Positions 16,248 to 28,644 of a stretch of 64,000 bases of DNA are shown piece after piece. Source of the stretch: Planctomycetota bacterium (GTDB lineage: Bacteria > Planctomycetota > UBA11346); contig JANWWU010000042.1 in NCBI GenBank assembly GCA_025055595.1, forward strand, positions 1,927-65,926, read 5' to 3'. Positions within the stretch are counted from its first letter, which is position 1, and every line of letters begins with the position of its first letter. A program made the position numbers and the translations under genes. The notes beneath the pieces were generated by a model. It did no database searches. It was not told where the DNA came from and saw only the letters and a list, made by a program, of their open reading frames with translations.

Positions 16248-18605
16248 ATGATCGCTGCGATGAGGGAAGCCTGGCTGCGCCTGCCAGCCCCGCAGCGCTG
16301 GTGGTGGGTCGCGGCCGTGCTCGCCGGCTGCGCTGCCGCCGCGCTCTGGCCCTGGGATCTGTCTTGGCAGCGCGCGCTCGCCGGGCTGGGGGAAGGCTGG
16401 GCAGCACAGGCGCTCGCCCTCGCCCGTCCCTTCGGGAGGGGCGAGGTGGCGGTCCTCCTGCTGCTTGCCATCGCGCTCGCGGGGCGGCGGCAGCTGGCGC
16501 TGCGCGGCCTGCTCGCGCTGCTGATCGCTGCCATTCTGACCTGGTCCTTGAAGCTGGCGTTTGATCGGGAGCGGCCGAACGGCGGCTCGTGGTCCTTCGT
16601 CAGCGGCGATACGAGCACGGCGTGGGCCCTGATCCCGCTGCTGGCCCGCACCTGGGCCTGGGGGGCGCTCGGTCTCGCGCTCGGCTGCGGCGTCGGCCTC
16701 GCGCGCATCGTCCTCGGCTATCACTGGCCGAGCGATGTCTGCGCCGGGGCCGGCATCGGCATCGCCAGCGCCTGTCTCGCCCTGCGCTGGCCGCTGCCCT
16801 CGCGCTGGCTTCCCGCGGCCCGTTGGTGGCGGGCCGCAGCCCTGCTTGCCTGGACCGGGGCTGTGGTGTGGGCCTGCCTCGATCCGCGCACGGTCCTCCT
16901 GCGCACCTTCCTGCTCGTCTTCGCCCCCGCCCTCGGGGCCTGGGTCGCCTGGCCCTGGCTGCGGCTGGCCCTGCGCCGGGGCTGGACGCTGCCGCTGTGG
17001 ACGGTGCCGGCTCTGACCGCGCTCGCGCTGCTCGCGCTGGCCAGTGCCAGCTCGCTGTGGGACCGCGATGAGCCGCGCAATGCCCTGGCCGCGCTCGAGA
17101 TGCAGGCCCGCGGCGAGTGGCTGATCCCGACCTTCAACGGCGAGCCGCGGCTGCACAAGCCGATTCTGCCGTACTGGCTGATGATTGCGGCCCTGCACAG
17201 CGGGCTGCCGCCCGATCTCGCCTGCCGGCTGCCGGCGGTGATCGCGATGAGCCTGGCGATCGCGGTGCTCGGCCTGCTTGCGCGCCGGCTGCTCGACGGC
17301 CCTGGGGCGTCCGTGGCGATGCTGATCCTTGCCACCTCGCCGCTCGTCCTGGTCAGCGGTTCGGCGGCGACCACCGACGCCGTGCTGATGCTCGGCATCG
17401 CGGTGACGATGTGGACGCTGATCGATGGCATGCAGCGCGGGCTGCGCTGGTGGCATCCGCTGGCGGCAGGCCTGGCGGTCGCCTGGGCCCTGCTCGCCAA
17501 GGGTCCGATGGCGGTGCTCGTGCCCGCGGGCACGGTCGGCTGCGGCTGGCTGGCCGCGCGCTGCTGGCCCGAGCTGCGGACCTGGTTCAACGGTCGCCTG
17601 CTCGCGGCGACGGGACTGGCGATCCTGCTCGGGCTCGGCCTCGCGGCCTGCTGGTTCATCCCCGCCAACCGCCTGCTCGACGGTGCGCTGTGGGATGAGA
17701 TGGTCGGCAACCATGTCGTGCAGCGCGCGCTGGCAGCGCGCGAGAGTCACGGCGGCCCGATCTTCTATTATGTGCCGGTCGTTCTTGTCGCCTGCCTGGC
17801 CTGGTTGCCGGCGCTGAGTGTCGCGCTGCGCGGGGCCGGCAGTGCACGGCCGCTGCGAGTGCTCGCCTGGGCCTGGTTTCTGCCGGTGTTCGTCACCGTC
17901 AGCCTGGTGCAGACCAAGCTGCCGCATTACGTACTGCCGGCGCTTTGGCCCCTCGCGCTGCTGATGGCGGCGGCGCTGCCGGCAGCAGCGACGGCGTGGT
18001 GGCGCTGGGCGGCGGTCGCGCAGCGCGTCCTGTGGTCGCTCGCCGCCGTGCTGCTGATCTTCGCACCGGTGGCAGCCGAGCTGGCGCACGCGACCGGCCT
18101 CCTGCGCCTGCCGCTGCCGGTGGCGCCGCTGCTCCCGCTGGCGGTCGCGGTCGGGCTGGCCTTGGCACTGATCGCGGCTGCGGGGCGATGGACGGGCGCT
18201 CGTTTCGCAGCAGCCGCCAGCCTCGGGGTCGCCGCCCTGGTCGCCGCCCTCGCCGCCAATGCCTGGCGCCTCGAGGCCTACAAGCCGTCGCGGCCGGCAG
18301 CCGAGGCGATCCGCAGCCTCGTACCGCCCGGCACGCCGATCGTCACCTGCGGCTTCGACGAGCCGAGCCTCTACTTCTACCTCGGCCCAGCGTACGGCCC
18401 CATCCGCAACCTGCCAGGGCCAGCGGAGCTGGCGGCCTGGGCCCGCGAGCCAAGCAGCGGCTTGGCGGTGGCCACGCAGCGCTTCTTCGACGAGGCCGGC
18501 GGCGCCTCCTTGCCGCTGCGCGTCGTCGAGCGCTTCGCGGGCTTCAACTACTCGAAGGGCAAGCCGGTCGAACTGCTGATCGTGCAGCGCGGATCCTCGC
18601 CCTGA
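16248..18605 (+). CDS. Fusion protein: N-terminal PAP2-family phosphatase plus C-terminal GT-C (ArnT/PMT-like, family 39/83) glycosyltransferase
   Basis: PAP2 motifs are KLAFDRERP, SGDTS and ARIVLGYHWPSDV. They are followed by the ArnT/PMT_2-type segment LWDRDEPRNALAALEMQARGEWLIPTFNGEPRLHKPILPYWL, then many transmembrane helices and a soluble C-terminal domain. Confidence 0.8.
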   Translation: MIAAMREAWLRLPAPQRWWWVAAVLAGCAAAALWPWDLSWQRALAGLGEGWAAQALALARPFGRGEVAVLLLLAIALAGRRQLALRGLLALLIAAILTWSLKLAFDRERPNGGSWSFVSGDTSTAWALIPLLARTWAWGALGLALGCGVGLARIVLGYHWPSDVCAGAGIGIASACLALRWPLPSRWLPAARWWRAAALLAWTGAVVWACLDPRTVLLRTFLLVFAPALGAWVAWPWLRLALRRGWTLPLWTVPALTALALLALASASSLWDRDEPRNALAALEMQARGEWLIPTFNGEPRLHKPILPYWLMIAALHSGLPPDLACRLPAVIAMSLAIAVLGLLARRLLDGPGASVAMLILATSPLVLVSGSAATTDAVLMLGIAVTMWTLIDGMQRGLRWWHPLAAGLAVAWALLAKGPMAVLVPAGTVGCGWLAARCWPELRTWFNGRLLAATGLAILLGLGLAACWFIPANRLLDGALWDEMVGNHVVQRALAARESHGGPIFYYVPVVLVACLAWLPALSVALRGAGSARPLRVLAWAWFLPVFVTVSLVQTKLPHYVLPALWPLALLMAAALPAAATAWWRWAAVAQRVLWSLAAVLLIFAPVAAELAHATGLLRLPLPVAPLLPLAVAVGLALALIAAAGRWTGARFAAAASLGVAALVAALAANAWRLEAYKPSRPAAEAIRSLVPPGTPIVTCGFDEPSLYFYLGPAYGPIRNLPGPAELAAWAREPSSGLAVATQRFFDEAGGASLPLRVVERFAGFNYSKGKPVELLIVQRGSSP

Positions 18606-18682
18606 GCTGGCGCGACCGAGCACGCGGGGCGAACGCGGCTGCTGTCCGACGCCCCCTGCGCCAGCGCCTCAGGACGGCAGGG

Positions 18683-18712
18683 GCCACGGCCTGCGTTACC
18701 GCAGGCCGTGGC
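18683..18712. terminator. Bidirectional terminator hairpin between the convergent PAP2/GT-C gene and hppA
   Basis: A perfect 13-bp inverted repeat, GCCACGGCCTGCG-ttac-CGCAGGCCGTGGC. Confidence 0.6.
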
Positions 18713-18730
18713 GCTGCATGAAGGACCGGC

Positions 18731-21340
<2,610 letters not shown>

Positions 21341-21369
21341 ATCACCTCCTAAATGTGGGCGCCCGCATC

Positions 21370-22500
21370 TCATCGGGCATTTCTGGATATAAAACTCCTA
21401 AAATCAGGAGCCGCCGAATCATGCAGCTTGCGCGAGCGTACGCATGCGGTTTCGTCATACATGCGGGCCAGGACGCAGTCCGGCTCGCTGCCCAGCCAGT
21501 CGCCATGCACGGCGGCAGCCCGCGCCCGGCAGCCGCCGCAGGCGTCGCGGTAGGCGCAGGCGCCGCAGGCTCCGCGCAGCTGCTCTGGGTCGCGCAGGGC
21601 CGCGAAGACCGGCGACGCCCGCCAGATCGCGGCGAGGGAGGCTTCGCGTACGCTGCCGCAGCGCAGCGGCAGATAGCCGCAGGGGTAGACCTCGCCGCGC
21701 GCCGAGACGAAGCACACGGCGCTGCCGGCCAGGCAGCCGCGCGTCGTCGCGTGCAGGGCGCCCTGCTGCCGCGCGTGCGCCTCCAGGTCGGCCAGGCGTC
21801 GGCGCTGACGGGCGACGCGCGCGAACTGGGGGGCGCAGGTGGCCTTGACGAAGAGCCGCCGGTCCTCGGCCTGGTCGGCCAGCCAGCCGAGCGCGGCTTC
21901 GACTTCCTCGGCCGTCAGGCGCTGCCGTTCGTCGAGTTCGGCCCCGCAGCCGACTGGCACGATGACGAACACATGCAGCGCCGCGGCCCCGAGGGCGAGG
22001 GCGAGCTCGCGCAGACGCGGCAGCTGAGCGACGTTGTGGCGCGCCAGCGTGCAGTTGATCTGCGTGCTGATCCCGTGCGCGCGCAGCCGCTGCAGGCCGG
22101 CGACGGCGGCGGCGAAGGCCCCGGGACGGCCGCGGAAGTCATCGTGGGTCGCGGCATCGGCCCCGTCGAGCGACACCGCGACCCGGCTCAGGCCGCAGGC
22201 CGCCAGGCGCTCGGCGAGCGCGTCGTCGATCAGCGTGCCGGTGGTGGCGAGGGCGCAGGGCAGGGCGCGGGCGCGGGCGTGCGCGAGGAGGTCGAACAGG
22301 TCGGGCCGCTGCAGCGGCTCGCCGCCGCTGAACACCAGGATCGGCCGCCCAAGCTCGGCGATCGCATCGATCAGCGCGCGGCCCTCGGCGGTATCGAGCT
22401 CATCGCTGACCGCCAGCTCCTGGCGCCGGCAATGGCGGCAGGCGAGGTGGCAGGCGACCGTGGTCTCCCAGAACACCAGGCGCAGCTCGGCGCGGTGCAT
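21370..22500 (-). CDS. Radical SAM protein with C-terminal SPASM-type Cys cluster (NirJ/AhbC/AhbD-like)
   Basis: The start MHRAELRLVFWETTVACHLACRHCRRQ contains the CxxxCxxC motif. GGEPL follows, then Cys-rich C-terminal segments (GCLAGSAVCFVSARGEVYPCGY, GACGACAYRDACGGCRARA). The 5-prime third of track ORF 21370..22941 is antisense to purE and is not coding. Confidence 0.85.
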   Translation of the reverse strand: MHRAELRLVFWETTVACHLACRHCRRQELAVSDELDTAEGRALIDAIAELGRPILVFSGGEPLQRPDLFDLLAHARARALPCALATTGTLIDDALAERLAACGLSRVAVSLDGADAATHDDFRGRPGAFAAAVAGLQRLRAHGISTQINCTLARHNVAQLPRLRELALALGAAALHVFVIVPVGCGAELDERQRLTAEEVEAALGWLADQAEDRRLFVKATCAPQFARVARQRRRLADLEAHARQQGALHATTRGCLAGSAVCFVSARGEVYPCGYLPLRCGSVREASLAAIWRASPVFAALRDPEQLRGACGACAYRDACGGCRARAAAVHGDWLGSEPDCVLARMYDETACVRSRKLHDSAAPDFRSFISRNAR

Positions 22501-22573
22501 CAGCGCAGCCTCTGCGCAGGAGCCGGGCGGCAAGCTGCGCTGGCCGGCAGTGCGGGAAGCGTAGGCTGCCGGC

Positions 22574-23059
22574 ATGCCGCCGCTGGTCGGCATCGTCATG
22601 GGCTCGGCGAGCGACTGGGAGACGATGCGCGAGGCGCAGCGCGTCCTCGAGGAGCTCGGCGTGCCCAGCGAGGCGCAGGTCGTCTCGGCCCACCGCACGC
22701 CCGACCGCATGTTCGAGTATGCGGCGACGGCGGCGGCGCGCGGGCTCAAGGTGCTCATCGCCGGCGCCGGCGGCGCCGCGCATCTGCCCGGGATGATCGC
22801 TGCCAAGACCACCTTGCCGGTGATCGGCGTGCCCTGCCCGACCACGGTCCTGCAGGGCCTCGATGCCCTGCTCTCGATCGTGCAGATGCCGAAGGGCACG
22901 CCGGTGGCGACCGTCGCGATCGGCAAGCCCGGGGCGGCCAACGCCGGCTACCTGGCGGCGCAGATCCTCGCGCTCTCCGATCCGGCGCTGGCGGCGCGCC
23001 TCGCCGAGCGCAAGGCCGCGGTGCGCGATGCCGTGCTCGCCGAGCGCCTGCCGCCATGA
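22574..23059 (+). CDS. purE: N5-carboxyaminoimidazole ribonucleotide mutase
   Basis: Canonical PurE segments are [25 protein letters not shown] and [23 protein letters not shown]. Confidence 0.95.
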   Translation: MPPLVGIVMGSASDWETMREAQRVLEELGVPSEAQVVSAHRTPDRMFEYAATAAARGLKVLIAGAGGAAHLPGMIAAKTTLPVIGVPCPTTVLQGLDALLSIVQMPKGTPVATVAIGKPGAANAGYLAAQILALSDPALAARLAERKAAVRDAVLAERLPP

Positions 23060-24144
23060 GGCTCGGCATCCTCGGCGGCGGCCAGCTCGGACGGATGCTC
23101 GCGCTCGCCGCCGCCCCGCTCGGCGTCAGCGTCCGCGTCTGGGAGGCCGATGCGCGCTGCAGCGCAGCCCGCGCCGCCGAGATCTTCGCCCAGCCGCTCC
23201 GCGCCGAGCTGGTGCCGGCCTTCGCCGCCGACCTCACGGCCTGCACCTATGAGTTCGAGCACATCCCCGCCAGCGTCGTCGAGGCCTTGGCCGCGCAGGG
23301 CGTGCCGCTGCGGCCGCCGGCGCGCGCCTTCGCCGCCAAGCACGACCGCTGGCGCGAGAAGCAGCTGCTTGAGGAGCTCGGGCTGCCGACCGCGCCCTGC
23401 CGGGCGGTGGCGGATGCCGCCGGGCTGCACGCCGCGCTCGCCGACCTCGGGCTGCCGCTCGTCCTCAAACGCCGCCACGGCGGCTACGACGGCAAGGGCC
23501 AGGCGGTGGTGCGCGAGGCGGCCGCCGCGTCCGCGGCGTTCCTCGAGCTCGGCGGGCCGGCGATCGCCGAGGCGTTCATTCCCTTCACGCGCGAGCTGTC
23601 GCTGATCGCGGCGCGCGGCGGCGATGGCCGCATTGTTTCGTATCCGCTGGTCGAGAATGTGCATGACGGGGGCATTTTGCGCCTGACGCGGGCCCCGGCC
23701 GCAGCGAGCGCTGCCCTGCAGGCCGAGGCCGAGGCGATCATGCAGCGCCTGCTCGAGGCCCTCGACTATGTCGGCGTGCTGGCGATCGAGTTCTTCGAGG
23801 TCGGCGGCCGCCTGCTGATCAACGAGTTCGCGCCGCGCGTGCACAACAGCGGGCACTGGACGATCGAGGGCGCCGAGACCAGCCAGTTCGAGCAGCATGT
23901 CCGCGCGGTGCTCGGTCTGCCGCTGGGCAGTGCGGCGCCGCGCGGCCACAGCGCGATGCTCAACTGCCTCGGCCGCCATCCCGAGGCGGCGGCAGTGCTC
24001 GCGGTGCCGGGCGCGCACCTCCACGACTATGGCAAGACGGCGCGCGCTCGCCGCAAGCTCGCGCACATCACGGTGCGCGCCGACAGCGCGGCCGAACGCG
24101 AGGCGCTGCTCGAACGCCTCGCGCCGCTGGCGCCTTGGGCCTGA
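23056..24144 (+). CDS. purK: N5-carboxyaminoimidazole ribonucleotide synthase (ATP-grasp)
   Basis: The ATG overlaps the purE stop (ATGA). The product starts [19 protein letters not shown] and contains [17 protein letters not shown]. Confidence 0.93.
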   Translation: MRLGILGGGQLGRMLALAAAPLGVSVRVWEADARCSAARAAEIFAQPLRAELVPAFAADLTACTYEFEHIPASVVEALAAQGVPLRPPARAFAAKHDRWREKQLLEELGLPTAPCRAVADAAGLHAALADLGLPLVLKRRHGGYDGKGQAVVREAAAASAAFLELGGPAIAEAFIPFTRELSLIAARGGDGRIVSYPLVENVHDGGILRLTRAPAAASAALQAEAEAIMQRLLEALDYVGVLAIEFFEVGGRLLINEFAPRVHNSGHWTIEGAETSQFEQHVRAVLGLPLGSAAPRGHSAMLNCLGRHPEAAAVLAVPGAHLHDYGKTARARRKLAHITVRADSAAEREALLERLAPLAPWA

Positions 24145-24145
24145 C

Positions 24146-25822
24146 ATGGACGAGGGCCGCTGGGTGCGCGCGCCGGAGCTGGCGGTGCCCCTCGCCGAGC
24201 TGGCGGCGCTCGGCCGCGTCAACCCCGATCGCTGCCTGCAGCCCTGGATCGCCCGCGCCTGCGGGGTGCAGGCCGGCGATGTCCTCGAGTATCGGATCGA
24301 GCGCCGCTCGCTCGATGCCCGGCAGCGCCCGCGCCTGCGCTTCCTCTACCGCGTCGTCGCCCGCATCCGCGACGGCGTCGCGCTCGCGCCCGCAGTCGAG
24401 GAGCTGGCGGCGCCGCCGGCGAGCGATGACGCGCTCTGGCATCTGCCGCTGCATCCCGCGCGGCCCCGCGAGGCGATCGTCGTCGGCACCGGGCCCGGCG
24501 GACTGATGGCGGCCTACCTGCTCGCCATCCACGGCACCCGCGTGCTGCTGCTCGATCGCGGGAAGACGGTCGACGAGCGCAGCGCCGACATCGCTCGCCT
24601 GCACGCGACGCGCCAGCTCGATCCCGACTCCAACTACCTCTTCGGCGAGGGCGGCGCCGGCACCTTCAGCGACGGCAAGCTCTACACGCGGATCAAGGAC
24701 CGGCGCATCCGCTTCCTGCTCGAAACCTTCGTCGCCGCGCGCGCCCCGCGCCACATCCTCTGGCATCATCACCCGCACATTGGCAGCGATCTCTTGCCGC
24801 CCATGTGCCGGCGGCTGCGCGCGATGATCGTCGCGCGCGGCGGCGAGTTCCGCTGGCGGTCGACAGTCGTCGATATTTGGGAGGAGGGCGGGCGCTGTCG
24901 GGGCGTGATCCTCGAGAGCGGCGAGCGGATCGCCGCCGACGCGACGGTGCTGGCGATCGGCCACAGCGCGCGCGCCTTGATCGCCCGCCTCGTCGAGCGC
25001 GGCCTCGCGCATCGCGCCAAGGGCTATCAGCTCGGCTGCCGCATCGAGCATCCGCAGGAGCTGATCGACCGCGCGCAGTACGGCGCGGTCGCCGGCCGCG
25101 ACTACCCGCGTCACCTGCTGTCGGCCGCCGAATACCACCTCGTCTCGCGCCCGCCGCCGGCCCTGCAGGCAGCGAGCGTGACGACCTTCTGCATGTGCCC
25201 GGGCGGCGAGATCATTCCCGCCACCTCCGATCCTGGTCAGCTCTCGACCAACGGGATGAGCTGCTTCGCTCGCGACTCCGGCTTCGCCAACGCTGGGCTG
25301 ATCGTCCACCAGCCGGCCGAGCCGCGCGCGCCGCTGGCGGCCCTCGCCCGCCTCGCGCAGCTCGAGCGCGCCTGCTTCCAGGCCGGGGGCGGCGACCTCT
25401 CCTGTCCGGCTCAGCGCGCCCGCGACTTCGTCCGCGGCGAGCTCGGCCCCCTGCCCCCGCGCAGCAGCTACCGCCTCGGGCTGCGCCCAGCGCGCCTCGA
25501 TCAGCTGCTGCCTGCGGCGACCGCGCGCGCGATCGCCGTCGCCCTGCGCTACTTCGAGCGCCTGATCCCCGGCTTCCTGAACGAAGGGACGCTGATCGGC
25601 ATCGAGGCGCGCGTCTCAAGCCCGATCCGCTTCGAGCGCCACCCCGAGACGCTCGCCAGCTCCCTGCCCGGACTCTGGCTCGTCGGCGAGGGCGCAGGCT
25701 ACGCCGGCGGCATCGTCAGCGCCGGCATCGACGGCCTGCGCATCGCGGAAAGCATCCTGACCGGCCGCGCCGGCGAGCGCGCTGCCGAGCCCGCCGACGC
25801 CTGCCCCGACTGCGTGGCCTGA
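24146..25822 (+). CDS. FAD-dependent oxidoreductase (COG2509-like, uncharacterised dehydrogenase)
   Basis: The start MDEGRW lies 1 nt after the purK stop. It has a Rossmann motif VVGTGPGGLMAAYLL..LLLDRG and a C-terminal segment GLWLVGEGAGYAGGIVSAGIDG. Confidence 0.8.
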   Translation: MDEGRWVRAPELAVPLAELAALGRVNPDRCLQPWIARACGVQAGDVLEYRIERRSLDARQRPRLRFLYRVVARIRDGVALAPAVEELAAPPASDDALWHLPLHPARPREAIVVGTGPGGLMAAYLLAIHGTRVLLLDRGKTVDERSADIARLHATRQLDPDSNYLFGEGGAGTFSDGKLYTRIKDRRIRFLLETFVAARAPRHILWHHHPHIGSDLLPPMCRRLRAMIVARGGEFRWRSTVVDIWEEGGRCRGVILESGERIAADATVLAIGHSARALIARLVERGLAHRAKGYQLGCRIEHPQELIDRAQYGAVAGRDYPRHLLSAAEYHLVSRPPPALQAASVTTFCMCPGGEIIPATSDPGQLSTNGMSCFARDSGFANAGLIVHQPAEPRAPLAALARLAQLERACFQAGGGDLSCPAQRARDFVRGELGPLPPRSSYRLGLRPARLDQLLPAATARAIAVALRYFERLIPGFLNEGTLIGIEARVSSPIRFERHPETLASSLPGLWLVGEGAGYAGGIVSAGIDGLRIAESILTGRAGERAAEPADACPDCVA

Positions 25823-25823
25823 C

Positions 25824-25851
25824 GGCGCGCGGCCGCCGGCGGCCGCGCGCC
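25824..25851. terminator. GC-rich palindrome between the convergent oxidoreductase gene and groES
   Basis: GGCGCGCGGCCGC-cg-GCGGCCGCGCGCC is a 13-bp inverted repeat. Confidence 0.5.
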
Positions 25852-25856
25852 GCGGC

Positions 25857-26153
25857 TCACTCGATGACCGCGTAGATGTCGGTCTCCTCCATCACCAGGT
25901 ACTCTTCGCCCTGGATCTTGACCTCGGTGCCGGCGTAGCTCGAGAACAGCACGCGGTCGCCGGGCTTGACCTGCATCACCTGCCGCTTGCCGTCCTCCAT
26001 CACCTTGCCGGGGCCGACGGCGATCACCCGGCCCTCCTTCGGCTTGTCCTTGGCCTTCTCCGGGATGATGATGCCGCCGAGGCTCTTCTCGGAGGCCTGG
26101 CTGCGCTGGACGATGACATGGGAACCGATCGGTTGGAGATTGGGTTTGCTCAT
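25857..26153 (-). CDS. groES: Co-chaperonin GroES
   Basis: The product is 98 aa: MSKPNLQPIGSHVIVQRSQASEKSLGGIIIPEKAKDKPKEGRVIAVGPG...EEYLVMEETDIYAVIE. Confidence 0.95.
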   Translation of the reverse strand: MSKPNLQPIGSHVIVQRSQASEKSLGGIIIPEKAKDKPKEGRVIAVGPGKVMEDGKRQVMQVKPGDRVLFSSYAGTEVKIQGEEYLVMEETDIYAVIE

Positions 26154-26174
26154 GGATCGCTCCTGGGAAGTGCC

Positions 26175-26197
26175 GCCGGCGATCGGCGATCGCCGGC
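26175..26197 (-). other. Perfect palindromic stem-loop in the dnaK-groES spacer
   Basis: GCCGGCGATC-ggc-GATCGCCGGC (10-bp stem) lies in the 50-nt spacer. It could act as an intercistronic attenuator or as an mRNA processing or stability element. Confidence 0.4.
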
Positions 26198-26203
26198 GCA
26201 AGC

Positions 26204-28108
<1,905 letters not shown>

Positions 28109-28136
28109 TGCAACCTCCGGATGTTCTGCGCTGCCC

Positions 28137-28505
28137 TCACGCGAACCACTGAGCGACGACCCGGCGCACCGCGGAGAAGGCGATCGGCTTGGGCAGCAGA
28201 GCGATCGCTCCGTCGCGGCGCGCCGCCTCCCACAGCGCCGGCTCGGCACGCGCGCTCATCAGCACGACCGCCGGGGTCGGCGGATGGACGCGCGCCCAGT
28301 CCAGCAGCTGGAAGCCCGTCATGTCCGGCATGTCAATGTCGGACATCAGCAGGTCGCAGCGATCGCGCTCGAGGAGCCCGATCGCTTCGCGCCCGCAGGC
28401 CGCCGTGCGCACCCCCCATCCCAGGCCATCGAAGGCATCGCTGAGCGACTCGCGGACCAGACGGTCGTCGTCGGCGATCAGCACGATGTGGCGGGCGGGG
28501 GCCAT
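28137..28505 (-). CDS. Single-domain response regulator (CheY-like receiver)
   Basis: IVLIADDD, the phospho-acceptor context [14 protein letters not shown] and a conserved Lys context (LLPKP) are present. At 122 aa it has no output domain. Confidence 0.9.
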   Translation of the reverse strand: MAPARHIVLIADDDRLVRESLSDAFDGLGWGVRTAACGREAIGLLERDRCDLLMSDIDMPDMTGFQLLDWARVHPPTPAVVLMSARAEPALWEAARRDGAIALLPKPIAFSAVRRVVAQWFA

Positions 28506-28531
28506 GACGCGCTCGTTTCGGCCAAGTATTT

Positions 28532-28547
28532 AGCACGCTCGATGCCA
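28532..28547 (-). promoter_or_regulatory. Sigma-54-like -24/-12 element upstream of the receiver-dnaK-groES unit
   Basis: The minus strand reads TTTGGCAT-CGAGC-GTGCTAAA. 27 nt separate the GC dinucleotide from the receiver-gene ATG. Confidence 0.4.
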
Positions 28548-28644
28548 AACCATGGGCGGCGGTGGTCGGGGGGTTCTTGTCAGTTCCGACGTGACTTGCG
28601 AGCGGGAGCGGACGACGAGCGGCCTCGGTCGTCATGGTCCATGG

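Noticed and set aside
21355-24144. A 929-aa plus-strand ORF spanning the radical SAM gene, purE and purK.
   Set aside because: Only the last 363 codons (from ATG 23056, [12 protein letters not shown]) are PurK. The upstream part is antisense to the radical SAM gene or out of frame with purE, and is compositionally non-protein-like.
28529-28537. TTAGCACGC, resembling the left arm of a CIRCE (HrcA) operator upstream of the dnaK unit.
   Set aside because: The required inverted right arm (GAGTGCTAA after 9 nt) is absent. The match is better explained as the -12 box plus flank of the sigma-54-like element on the opposite strand.
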